From Desulfobacterales bacterium (GTDB taxonomy: Bacteria > Desulfobacterota > Desulfobacteria > Desulfobacterales > UBA5616): 64,000 bases of DNA. Location of the stretch: assembly GCA_046483495.1 (NCBI GenBank), contig JAWODC010000074.1:1-64000 (forward strand), given 5' to 3'. Shown in pieces: positions 20,615 to 29,791 of this stretch (within the stretch, counting starts at the first letter, position 1; each line of letters opens with the position of its first letter). The position numbers and the translations under genes are program-made. The notes below the pieces were generated by a model, which was not told where the DNA came from, did not search any database, and saw only the letters and a list, made by a program, of their open reading frames with translations.

Positions 20615-22365
20615 CCTGAGGCCCCCTTTTCCAGAGAAACGGTAAAGACATCCGGTATGGGCTCCGGAGACACGTTTAAATAATCCAATGCTTCTCCGGC
20701 AATCTGTTTGAACACCGGCGCACTTACCGTTCCGCCATAATATTTCTTTTTCGGTTCATCGATCACGACAAGTATGGCCATCACCGGGTTGCTTGCAGGC
20801 ACGAAGCCGATAAACGACGATACGTATTTCCCTCTTTCGTAAGTCCCGCTTGGGCCGATCTTCTGGGCGGTTCCGGTCTTTCCGCAAACCGTATATCCTT
20901 CCAGATAAGCATTGCTTCCGGTGCCGTCGGCATCGATAACAGTTATCATCATTTTCTTCAATGCGTCGGCCGTCGTTTCCGAAACAACGCGCCGAATCGG
21001 TTCGGGACTGAAACTTTCGATCAACCCGCCGTTGGGGTCGGTTACCGCCTGAACGATGTGGGGCTTCATCATCACTCCCCGATTGGCTATGGCGGATGCC
21101 GCCGTCACCAGCTGGATCGCGGATGCGGCAATCCCCTGACCAAAGGCGATGGTTCCGGCATCGATGCGGGTCCATTGCCTGTAATGCGACAGACTGCCGG
21201 TCGTCTCGCCGAGGCAGTCGATTCCCGTTTTTTGACCGAACCCGAACGAGCGAAGTCCGTGGTAAAGGTTCTTGGTCCCGATCAACTCCTCGACTTTGAC
21301 GGCTCCGATATTGCTCGAATACTTGATGATCTCCTGCAATGACAGCCATCCGTAGGAATGGCCGCCGGCATCATGCACCACGTTCGGACCGATGCGGTAG
21401 TCCCCGTTTTCACAAAAAAACACCGAATCCGGCGAACACAATCCGGATTCGATTGCCGCGGATGCGCTGAAAATCTTCATGGTTGAACCGGGCTCGAAGG
21501 AATCGGTGATACAGCGATTCCGCCAGGCGGCTCGATCATAGGCCCAAAAGCGGTTGGGATTGAAAAACGGATAATGGGCCGCTGCAAGCAGCGCCCCTGT
21601 TTTCGGCTCCATGACCAGGGCCATTCCTGTTTTGCCGCCGTGTTCGATGACGGCTTTCTCAAGCGCCTGTTCTGCAATATACTGAATAGTGCAGTCGATA
21701 GTAAGAACGATATTGTTGCCGTCAATGTCAACCTGATTTTCATTCTCCCTTTCAAAACTGCGCCCCAAGGCATCTTTTAAGACGGTGAACCGGCGCCTTT
21801 CCCCCCTGAGGTCGCCATCACGGGCGATCTCGATTCCTTCAAGTCCGTGCCCGTCGATACCCGTAAACCCCAGCACCTGCGCAGCCAGCGTCTTATGGGG
21901 ATAAAACCGGCTGTACTCGGATTTAAATACAACACCATCGATACTCAACTCCCTGACTTTTTTTTCTTCTTTAGGGTTGGCATGCCGTTTTAACCATATG
22001 AACGGCTTCTCCGACATCAGGCTCTTTAAAATTTCTTTTCGGTCTCCGTCCAGAACACCGGCCAGCAGTTTTGCCGCTTTCGGCTTGTCCTCAACCCGTT
22101 CGGGATGGGCGGCGATTGAGTTCAATTTCAGGGTTACAGCCATTTCCCGCATGTTCCGATCATATATGGTGCCCCTTTTTCCGGATGAACGGATGGACCT
22201 CTCGTACTGACGGGCGGCTTTTTCTGAAAGGTGCGGCCCTAAAATGACCTGTAGATAAACCAGCTTGGCGGCTATTACAACAAACAGAAGGGAAAATGTC
22301 AGGCTGAAAAAAATGGTTCGCGTTTTTATTCGTTTTTCTTTTTTCGGCACGTTTTTTTTCGTCAT
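20611..22365 (-). CDS. ftsI: Class B penicillin-binding protein FtsI/PBP3
   Basis: RGTIYDRN, EPGSTMK (SxxK), SSN, GKTGTAQ. Confidence 0.95.
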   Translation of the reverse strand: MTKKNVPKKEKRIKTRTIFFSLTFSLLFVVIAAKLVYLQVILGPHLSEKAARQYERSIRSSGKRGTIYDRNMREMAVTLKLNSIAAHPERVEDKPKAAKLLAGVLDGDRKEILKSLMSEKPFIWLKRHANPKEEKKVRELSIDGVVFKSEYSRFYPHKTLAAQVLGFTGIDGHGLEGIEIARDGDLRGERRRFTVLKDALGRSFERENENQVDIDGNNIVLTIDCTIQYIAEQALEKAVIEHGGKTGMALVMEPKTGALLAAAHYPFFNPNRFWAYDRAAWRNRCITDSFEPGSTMKIFSASAAIESGLCSPDSVFFCENGDYRIGPNVVHDAGGHSYGWLSLQEIIKYSSNIGAVKVEELIGTKNLYHGLRSFGFGQKTGIDCLGETTGSLSHYRQWTRIDAGTIAFGQGIAASAIQLVTAASAIANRGVMMKPHIVQAVTDPNGGLIESFSPEPIRRVVSETTADALKKMMITVIDADGTGSNAYLEGYTVCGKTGTAQKIGPSGTYERGKYVSSFIGFVPASNPVMAILVVIDEPKKKYYGGTVSAPVFKQIAGEALDYLNVSPEPIPDVFTVSLEKGASG

Positions 22366-22661
22366 GGCATCATCACCATCTGCCCCGGGGTGGGCATTAC
22401 GAGTTCAAGTTCTTCCCTTGCTTTTTTGGCGATACGGTCCGGAGACTTCAAACTTGCCAGTTCGACGGTAAAATTGCTTTTGATGGCTGCGAGCTTCTGG
22501 TAATGGGTTTCAGTTCTGCTGATGGCATACCCCATACCCGTGCACTGAACACGGCACCATGTGTAAAAAAAGAGTTCCACAATGAAAACCGCCATCACCA
22601 GGATGCCGATCCAGGTTGTTCTCGACATTGGCCCGGATCCTCGTTCAGCTTTCTTTCTCAT
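22362..22661 (-). CDS. ftsL: Cell division protein FtsL
   Basis: Small TM plus coiled coil, LKSPDRI..A..EL; lies between rsmH and ftsI. Confidence 0.82.
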   Translation of the reverse strand: MRKKAERGSGPMSRTTWIGILVMAVFIVELFFYTWCRVQCTGMGYAISRTETHYQKLAAIKSNFTVELASLKSPDRIAKKAREELELVMPTPGQMVMMP

Positions 22662-22697
22662 CGCCAACCCTCTTTCTCAAGAACCGTTAGAGTTTTT

Positions 22698-23636
22698 CTA
22701 CAGTTTTTCCAAAACACGCAATCTTGCGCTCCTCGACATGGGATTTTTTTTCACTTCCTCTTCTGTCGGCTTCACTCCTTTTCGGGTGACCCGTCGGACC
22801 TGCGGCTTTTTATTGCAGATGCAGGTCGGAAATTCAGGGGGGCAGGTGCAGCCCTTTTCAAGCTCTCTCGTTCGGGTTTTAATAATTCGGTCTTCCAGTG
22901 AATGGTACGATAAAACGCACAAGCGTCCACCGGGATTGAGGACATCCACGACGTTGCTCATGAATTCATCCAGCACCTCGAGCTCCCGGTTTACGGCTAT
23001 ACGAAGCGCCATGAACACCTTGGTGGCCGGATGAATTTTCCGTTTTTTCCTTACCCATAGGGGAACGGCCCGGCAAACCAGGTCGCTAAGCTGTCCCGAG
23101 GTTTCGATTCCGGACGTTTTCCGCTGTGCCATGATCTTTTCGGCAATAGGGCCGGACCATTTTTCCTCGCCGTATTCCCTGAACAATCGGATGAGGTGCT
23201 CTCGATCGAGTGTATTCAGGAGATCAGCGGCCGTTTCTTTCAGGTTCGTATTCATCCGCATATCCAGCGGTTCATTTCGTGCGAAGCTGAATCCCCTGCG
23301 GCTGGACTCGATGTGGTGAAGCGATAGGCCGAGATCAAGCAGAATGCCGTCTACAAAATCGATGGTCAACTTGGTTAAGATCCCGGGAAGGTGGAGAAAA
23401 TTATCGTGAACCAGATGGATGTTCGGTGAAAGGTTTCCCAGGGTCTTTTCAGCATTGTGAACCGCATCTTGGTCTTCATCGATTCCGATGAGCGTCCCGG
23501 TAGGCGATATTTTTTCCCAGATGGCTCTTGCATGTCCCGCTCCTCCCATGGTGCCGTCCACGATGATTTTCCCGGGCCTCGGATTCAAAAAATCGATGAC
23601 TTCCCGCTGCATGACGGGGATGTGTTTATAAGGCAT
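22698..23636 (-). CDS. rsmH: 16S rRNA m4C1402 methyltransferase
   Basis: HIPVM, DGTMGGAGH, RGFSF..PLDMRM, ALRIAVN.EL, HSLEDR; ATG at 23636 chosen over the upstream in-frame start. Confidence 0.97.
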   Translation of the reverse strand: MPYKHIPVMQREVIDFLNPRPGKIIVDGTMGGAGHARAIWEKISPTGTLIGIDEDQDAVHNAEKTLGNLSPNIHLVHDNFLHLPGILTKLTIDFVDGILLDLGLSLHHIESSRRGFSFARNEPLDMRMNTNLKETAADLLNTLDREHLIRLFREYGEEKWSGPIAEKIMAQRKTSGIETSGQLSDLVCRAVPLWVRKKRKIHPATKVFMALRIAVNRELEVLDEFMSNVVDVLNPGGRLCVLSYHSLEDRIIKTRTRELEKGCTCPPEFPTCICNKKPQVRRVTRKGVKPTEEEVKKNPMSRSARLRVLEKL

Positions 23637-23641
23637 ACGTG

Positions 23642-24088
23642 TTAAAGCCCCAGCTTTGCAATTTCGTTTCTGACATCCTCCTTTTTCATGTCCTTTTCCA
23701 TTGCAGCATTTTCCGCTTCCCAATTTGCCAGGGACCAGATTTCGAAATGGTCCAGAGCACCAACCAGAACGATCTCCTTTTCAATACCCGCATACTGCCG
23801 CAGTGGGGACGGAATCAGTACTCGGTCCTGTTTGTCGCAGAGGCATTCGGAAGCGCCGCCGATGAATACCCGCCTGAATCGCCTCATGGTGTCGCTTTTC
23901 TCGGCCAATGACAGGATCTTGGCTTCTATCTTCCGCCATTGGTCGAATGTATAGGCGTAAAGCCCCTGATCCAGACAGGACACCATGACGCCGTCCACTC
24001 CGCCGGCTTTGATGACGTCTCGAAACCGTGAGGGAATCTTTATTCTTCCCTTCTCGTCGATGGTATGATAAGAAGCTGCTCTAAACAT
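23642..24088 (-). CDS. mraZ: Transcriptional repressor MraZ
   Basis: HTIDEKGRIKIP and DKQDRVLIP SpoVT/AbrB repeats, FEIW; first gene of dcw. Confidence 0.96.
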   Translation of the reverse strand: MFRAASYHTIDEKGRIKIPSRFRDVIKAGGVDGVMVSCLDQGLYAYTFDQWRKIEAKILSLAEKSDTMRRFRRVFIGGASECLCDKQDRVLIPSPLRQYAGIEKEIVLVGALDHFEIWSLANWEAENAAMEKDMKKEDVRNEIAKLGL

Positions 24089-24093
24089 GGTTG

Positions 24094-24147
24094 GTCCACT
24101 TTGTTCCACTTTTTTGGTATTCAATCTTATTTTCGAACTTTTGTCAA
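24094..24147 (-). promoter_or_regulatory. Candidate dcw promoter with MraZ-box-like GTGG repeats
   Basis: Minus strand: TTGACA (24147-24142), 17 nt, TTGAAT, then GTGGAAcaaaGTGGAC (10-nt period) just before the mraZ ATG. Confidence 0.6.
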
Positions 24148-24327
24148 GAAAAAATTATTCGTTATGTTTAATAATTCAAAAAAGTTAAAATGTAGATTAT
24201 TTTGTGGTAGAAAGTGGATCGATATAGAAAAAAACTTGCGCCTGCCGAGTAGCGGCAGGATCAATGGAAAATGATTGCATTTATTCGACTATCCATTTTA
24301 ATTCATAGGAAATCGATTGGCACACGC

Positions 24328-24356
24328 TTGACAACGGAGTTGAAAAACGATAGCGT
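24328..24356 (+). promoter_or_regulatory. Candidate sigma70 promoter for the pilB-like gene
   Basis: TTGACA, 17 nt, TAGCGT. Confidence 0.5.
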
Positions 24357-24406
24357 AACCTTTCCCTGCACCGACCTGTTTCCCCACGTTAAAAAAAGGT
24401 AAAGCA

Positions 24407-27034
24407 ATGGATAATCCTGGAGCAGAAACCGCCGGATCGATGAGTATCGGTGAACTCCTGATAAAAGAGGGGCTCGTAAAAAAAAAAGAGGTCGAAAAAG
24501 CCCTTCTCATTCAGGAAGAAGAGTCCCGGAAAAGGGGCGTTCCGTTGGGCGAAATCCTGATTCAGATGAATAAAATCACCCGGGAGCAGCTTAATTTCCT
24601 CCTGGATCACAAGGAGCTCAAAAACAACATCGGTGAATTTATCATCGAAAAAGGGTACATGGATGAGGACGAGCTGAACGCCTGCCTGTTCAATAAAAGC
24701 CCCGATGAAAGCGTCGGGGACTGCATCGTCAACCGGGGATATCTCTCAAAGGGCGATTTGGCGGAGCTTCAGCAATACCAGACCGGCGGAAAGAAGCTCG
24801 GGGAGTTGGCCGTCAAGCTGAAAATGATCAGCCAAAAAGATCTGGAAGAAGCCCTGGCACAAAAGGGATCCGTCAGAACACTCGGCGAAATTCTAAACGA
24901 CCTGAACCTCGTATCGTCCATGGACCTCAACCGGGTTCTGAAAAAGTACAATAAACAGCTGCGACTGGGCGAAATCCTTCTGAAGCAGGGCCTCATCGAC
25001 GAAGAAAAGCTGAATGCGGCCCTGCGGGAACAGCGGCACAGCGCGGAACCTTTGGGAAACATCCTGCTGGGCAACACGTTCATCACCGTCGACCAGCTGT
25101 ATACCGCATTATCCAAGCAATACAATCTGTTGTACAAGAGACTGGACGATTTTTCCTATAATGAAATGCAAAAACAAAGCCTTTCCAGCATCGTTACACA
25201 AAAGTATGCGGAAAAGCACCTCATCATCCCGCTTTCAATCGAGGGAAATCGGCTGACCCTTGCCGTGTCCCTCCCGGAAAACCTGAAAGTCATCCAGGAA
25301 CTCGGCTCCGTCTACTCGCATTTGAAAATGCAATGTGTCCTGATCACGGACAAAAAGTTCATCGAATTATATGAAACCCTGTACAATAAACCGCTGCAGT
25401 CCTACCGGTTGTCCAGCCACTCGGAAATAACCCGGGAAGATGTCGACCGAATGAATATCGATCTTGAATCGGTCAACGAAACGGTTTCCAAGGATGCGCC
25501 TTACGGCGTTTTGGACATGGAGGCGGATGAAGTCGTAAATTTCATAATAAAATACGGCATCATAAACGGCGCCAGCGACATCCACATCGAGCAGGACCGC
25601 CAGGGGGCCAAGCTGCGGTATCGATTCGACGGCGTTTTGCATCCCTTGAACCTGAAATGGCTGGATGACAAAATCCGGAAAATGATTCCGGCGATCATTT
25701 CAAGAATCAAGGTTATGTCGAATCTGGACATCGCTGAGCGCCGAATTCCTCAGGACGGGGTTTTCAGAATTAATTTTTTCGACCGAGAGAAAAACCAGAA
25801 AGTGGACCTCGACTTTCGTGTTGCCACATGCCCGGCGATCGTCGGCGAAAACGTCACTATCCGAATCCTCGATCCCCGAAACGCAAAAGTCGATATGGAC
25901 AGCCTCGGCCATGCCCCCCATGTACTGGATCCGCTCAAACAGCTGCTGAAAAGCTCGGCGGGAATGATTCTCGTCTCAGGCCCCACGGGAAGCGGGAAAA
26001 CCTCGACATTGTACAGCGCCCTTCAATACGTCTACAATCCCGGCATCAAAATCATAACGGCTGAAGACCCCATCGAATACAGCTTTCCCGGTATTATGCA
26101 GACCCAGACAAAGCCGAAGATCGGACTTACTTTCGCCCGATTTTTAAGATCTTTTTTGCGGCTCGATCCTGATGTCATCCTGGTGGGGGAAGTCAGGGAC
26201 GAGGAAACGGCGAGGATCGCCTTCGATGCGGCCCAAACCGGTCATCTCCTGCTGAGCACCATCCATACCAACGACTCTTTCAGCGCCATTACCCGGCTGC
26301 TTGACCTTCAGATCGAATACAACCAAATCGCCTCGAGCCTGATGGGCGTTTTAGCCCAACGGCTTGTCCGCAAAATATGCCCGTTTTGCCGGAAAAAATA
26401 CATTCCCACCGAAGACGAGTGGGGCCTTGTTTATCCCTCGTTCCCCGCCGATGCAACCTTCTACATCGGAGAAGGTTGTGATCAGTGTGATTTCACCGGA
26501 TACAAAGGGCGCACCCTTATCTCTGAAATGCTGATCATCAACAGGGAAATCGCCAATGCCTTACATCGCGGATACGGAGAGAGCGAAATAAAGCGCATCG
26601 CCTTGAAAACCGGCATGAAAACAATGGTGGATGACGGCCTGATGAAGCTGAACCAGACCACCTTGAGTGAAGTGGTGCGGGTGGTGCCCCACGATATGCT
26701 GAAAGAATTCAGGACCCGCGAACCCGGTGCCGTCCCGAAAGCCGGCCCGAAAATCGTATCGTCCACATCTGTCGAATCGCCGGAAGGAAACGGCAGCATC
26801 GTCCTGAGGAATCCAAACGATGAGACGCCGTTGATCGACGACTTTTTCGAAGCCTACATCAAGGCCAGAAAAAAGGCCGGGTTGGCCGCAAACCGTTCGG
26901 ACAAGCCCCTGTTCAACGAATTTGTTAATGACAATTTCAGTAAAATATGCAATACATTTCGTTGCGACAGCGTCGTTTTCTCTTTGGAAGAGAGAGAGGA
27001 CACGATAAAAATATTCGCTGAACCCGGCGGTTAA
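24407..27034 (+). CDS. GspE/PilB-family secretion ATPase with tandem MshEN-like repeats
   Basis: GASDIHIE, LDIAERRIPQDG, GPTGSGKTST, TAEDPIEY, LRLDPDVILVGEVRD, GHLLLSTIH, CPFC/CDQC zinc site; eight N-terminal xLGxxL repeats. Confidence 0.93.
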   Translation: MDNPGAETAGSMSIGELLIKEGLVKKKEVEKALLIQEEESRKRGVPLGEILIQMNKITREQLNFLLDHKELKNNIGEFIIEKGYMDEDELNACLFNKSPDESVGDCIVNRGYLSKGDLAELQQYQTGGKKLGELAVKLKMISQKDLEEALAQKGSVRTLGEILNDLNLVSSMDLNRVLKKYNKQLRLGEILLKQGLIDEEKLNAALREQRHSAEPLGNILLGNTFITVDQLYTALSKQYNLLYKRLDDFSYNEMQKQSLSSIVTQKYAEKHLIIPLSIEGNRLTLAVSLPENLKVIQELGSVYSHLKMQCVLITDKKFIELYETLYNKPLQSYRLSSHSEITREDVDRMNIDLESVNETVSKDAPYGVLDMEADEVVNFIIKYGIINGASDIHIEQDRQGAKLRYRFDGVLHPLNLKWLDDKIRKMIPAIISRIKVMSNLDIAERRIPQDGVFRINFFDREKNQKVDLDFRVATCPAIVGENVTIRILDPRNAKVDMDSLGHAPHVLDPLKQLLKSSAGMILVSGPTGSGKTSTLYSALQYVYNPGIKIITAEDPIEYSFPGIMQTQTKPKIGLTFARFLRSFLRLDPDVILVGEVRDEETARIAFDAAQTGHLLLSTIHTNDSFSAITRLLDLQIEYNQIASSLMGVLAQRLVRKICPFCRKKYIPTEDEWGLVYPSFPADATFYIGEGCDQCDFTGYKGRTLISEMLIINREIANALHRGYGESEIKRIALKTGMKTMVDDGLMKLNQTTLSEVVRVVPHDMLKEFRTREPGAVPKAGPKIVSSTSVESPEGNGSIVLRNPNDETPLIDDFFEAYIKARKKAGLAANRSDKPLFNEFVNDNFSKICNTFRCDSVVFSLEEREDTIKIFAEPGG

Positions 27035-27127
27035 AGAACCGGGGGGAACACATCACACCACCGTAGCGGCAGCCGGAATACGTCACTAAGTGTCGCATAC
27101 CGACTGGTGAACACTTGAAGGAGCATA

Positions 27128-28258
27128 ATGGCTCGGGTTATTACGGTTACAGGGGGCAAAGAACATGTGGGTGCAACATTCGTAAGCGCCAACCTTGCTG
27201 TATGCCTGTCCGCCAGGGGGTTCCGGACCTGCCTGCTGTTTGCCGACCCGGATATATCCGAAGAAAATTCGCCGCTGCCTGTCGAGGCTTCCGGAAATAT
27301 CGACCGGTTTCTCATCGGCGATGCCGAAGTGGAGGATATCCGTTTCCCGTATAGGGAACATCTGGACGTCATTTTTGCCGGAGACGCTTTTTCTCCGGAC
27401 AAGGCTATCGAACAGGATCAGGCGAAACGGATTTGCGATGCCTTTGCCGGACAGCCGGAATATGATTATGTTGTCATCGATACCTTAGCGGTTCCGTCGC
27501 AAAGCACGATTTCTTTTTGCAGGGCCGCCTCACAATCCATTCTGGTATTTACGCCGGAGCCACCGGCCATTTCCGGTGCTTACGCCCTCGTAAAAGCGCT
27601 CGGGGCAAACGGCTTTACCGGCCGCCTTTTTTCGGTGGTGAACAAGAACAAGAATGGGAAGATCGCCGAGCTCGCTGTTTCAAAGCTGAATCAGTCTCTG
27701 GCCAAACGTTTTACAATTGAAGTCAGCTGCCTGGCAACCATATCGCTGCACCTGTTCGTTTCCAGGCCGACCGCCTTTCCGGGAGCCCTTGTCGAGCACA
27801 GCCCTGAAATCACAGCCGCAAAAGATATAAAAATTGCCGCGGACCGTCTTGTCGATGAAACATTATCCGATGTGCCGCTGATCGAATTTTGGGACACCTA
27901 TTTTACCCTGTTCACATCGAAAAACAACGTTCCGGAAAAGCAAGAAGAAAAAAATGCCGAATCGGTCGCCTCACACCCGAATGCGGCATCGGCAACTGAT
28001 TTTTCTTTCGTGGAAGAACAATCGTACCACGCACCGCTTGCGGCGGAACCGGCGGAACAGCGGAACCGAAAACCCTCCGAAGAAGAGGATGCCGCCCTGC
28101 TGACCATTGCTGAAGGCATCGCCTCTTTGACCCGGGAAATATACGAACTCCGCAGATTAATCGAGAGCGGGCGCCGGCAATCATCTGAAGTCGCTTTTCG
28201 GCCGCGTCAAAAAGTCGAGCTGGATTTTGAAGAATTTCTCACAGGCCGCTTCAAATAA
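27128..28258 (+). CDS. MinD/FlhG/ParA-like protein with degenerate P-loop and C-terminal extension
   Basis: MARVITVTGGKEHVGATFVSANLA, YDYVVIDT, VFTPEPPAISGAYALVK; GAAGGAG RBS. Confidence 0.8.
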   Translation: MARVITVTGGKEHVGATFVSANLAVCLSARGFRTCLLFADPDISEENSPLPVEASGNIDRFLIGDAEVEDIRFPYREHLDVIFAGDAFSPDKAIEQDQAKRICDAFAGQPEYDYVVIDTLAVPSQSTISFCRAASQSILVFTPEPPAISGAYALVKALGANGFTGRLFSVVNKNKNGKIAELAVSKLNQSLAKRFTIEVSCLATISLHLFVSRPTAFPGALVEHSPEITAAKDIKIAADRLVDETLSDVPLIEFWDTYFTLFTSKNNVPEKQEEKNAESVASHPNAASATDFSFVEEQSYHAPLAAEPAEQRNRKPSEEEDAALLTIAEGIASLTREIYELRRLIESGRRQSSEVAFRPRQKVELDFEEFLTGRFK

Positions 28259-28264
28259 TAACCC

Positions 28265-29008
28265 ATGAACATGAAAGACGCCGATTTTTCCGCCCTCAAC
28301 GCTTCAACATTCGAGAAACTCACATCCGCTGAACCGGCTTTTGAGCCGCGGGAAGGAAACATCCCTCCTTTTTCGGACATTCTCGAGCAGGCAAAAGCCC
28401 ATTTCAGCAGTTCAAAAGGCAGCCACGGCTGGGATCACACGATTCGCGTGCATCGTCTCTGCCTCACCATCGGCCGAAAAGAAGGCGCCGATCTTCACGT
28501 TTTGTCCATCGCCTCACTGCTGCATGATATCGGCAGATGTTATCAGGACAACTCAAAAGGGGCCGTATGCCATGCTCGAAAAGGGGTCGAAATGGCAAAA
28601 TCCCTGGTCGAACCGCTTTCCTTGACGAACGATCAGAAAAAAAACATTCTGCACTGCATTGCATCCCATCGATTCCGAAAGAACAACCCCCCGAAGACGC
28701 TCGAGGCAAAAATATTGTTTGACGCAGACAAAATCGATGCCATCGGTGCCGTTGGGATTGCCCGGGCATTTCTGTTCGCCGGAGAAGTGGGTGCCCGGCT
28801 GCATGCCCCCGAACTCAGCATCGAAGAAACCGAGCCTTACTCCGTCAATGATACGGGCTATCGGGAGTATGTAGTCAAACTGTCAAAAATAAAGGATCGA
28901 ATTCTGACAGAGGAAGGCAAGAAAATTGCCTTCCAACGCCATGAATTCATGAAACGGTTTTTTGCGCAATTCATATACGAAATCGAAGAACGGGATAATG
29001 CAAAATGA
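28265..29008 (+). CDS. HD-domain phosphohydrolase
   Basis: SHGWDHTIRV, LLHDIG, SHRF, FDADKIDAIG. Confidence 0.9.
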   Translation: MNMKDADFSALNASTFEKLTSAEPAFEPREGNIPPFSDILEQAKAHFSSSKGSHGWDHTIRVHRLCLTIGRKEGADLHVLSIASLLHDIGRCYQDNSKGAVCHARKGVEMAKSLVEPLSLTNDQKKNILHCIASHRFRKNNPPKTLEAKILFDADKIDAIGAVGIARAFLFAGEVGARLHAPELSIEETEPYSVNDTGYREYVVKLSKIKDRILTEEGKKIAFQRHEFMKRFFAQFIYEIEERDNAK

Positions 29009-29691
29009 CGATTAACAAGGTGGAAAAAATCGATAATTGTGTTGCGGTGAAGCACGTTCTGGTAAGTGTTTCCGACAAATCGGGACTGGATGACTTCATT
29101 GTAAAACTTGCCGCGATGAATTCGGACATGACGTTTTTCTCGACGGGCGGCACATATGCCAAACTGAAAGAAATTCTGGGGGATTCGGCATCATCGAGGC
29201 TCCGACAGGTGTCGGACTACACCGGACAGCCGGAAACACAGGGAGGCCTCGTCAAAACGCTCGACTTTAAAATCTACCTGGGCCTGCTTACGGAAACGTA
29301 CAATGACGCACACCGGCACGACCTGCTCAGGACCGGCAGCGTTCCCATCGATATGGTCGTGGTGAACCTCTATCCGTTCAAGAAAACCATATCCCGGGTG
29401 TCGGCAACACCTGAAGACGCCCGGGGGAATATCGACATCGGAGGTCCCTGCATGATCAGGGCTTCGGCCAAAAATTTTCTGCGGGTGGCGGCCGTTGTCG
29501 ATCCATCGGATTATGAACGGATTCTTTACGACCTGGAGCGGCACAACGGCCGCACGTCGCTGGCCCTGCGGTATCAGCTCGCTCAGAAGGCGTATGAGCA
29601 TACCGCCGCATATGACACCATGATTTCTCGATATCTTGCCGACACCGCGTTTGCGAATGTCGAGCAATGCTATCACTTCCACGGCAGCTGA
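29005..29691 (+). CDS. purH: IMP cyclohydrolase (PurH N-terminal MGS-like domain as a separate gene)
   Basis: VSVSDKSGL, STGGT, GGLVKTL, VVVNLYPF, NIDIGGP..IRASAKNF. Confidence 0.88.
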   Translation: MTINKVEKIDNCVAVKHVLVSVSDKSGLDDFIVKLAAMNSDMTFFSTGGTYAKLKEILGDSASSRLRQVSDYTGQPETQGGLVKTLDFKIYLGLLTETYNDAHRHDLLRTGSVPIDMVVVNLYPFKKTISRVSATPEDARGNIDIGGPCMIRASAKNFLRVAAVVDPSDYERILYDLERHNGRTSLALRYQLAQKAYEHTAAYDTMISRYLADTAFANVEQCYHFHGS

Positions 29692-29791
29692 ATGCATTTT
29701 CAAGCAGCGGCGGGCCGAATTTACAGGGCCGCCCTTTCGTATACGCAGCCATGAATCCCTTTTGTGAATCGGCAGCATAGGAGTGACCATC

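Noticed and set aside
24318..24333. TGGCAC as a sigma54 promoter for the pilB-like gene
   Set aside because: No TTGC at the required spacing (reads TGGCACACGCTTGAC); a sigma70 reading fits better.
29692..29791. Possible ZMP/ZTP riboswitch between the purH halves
   Set aside because: The characteristic GACUGGCG and CGCCUGGGC segments were not found.
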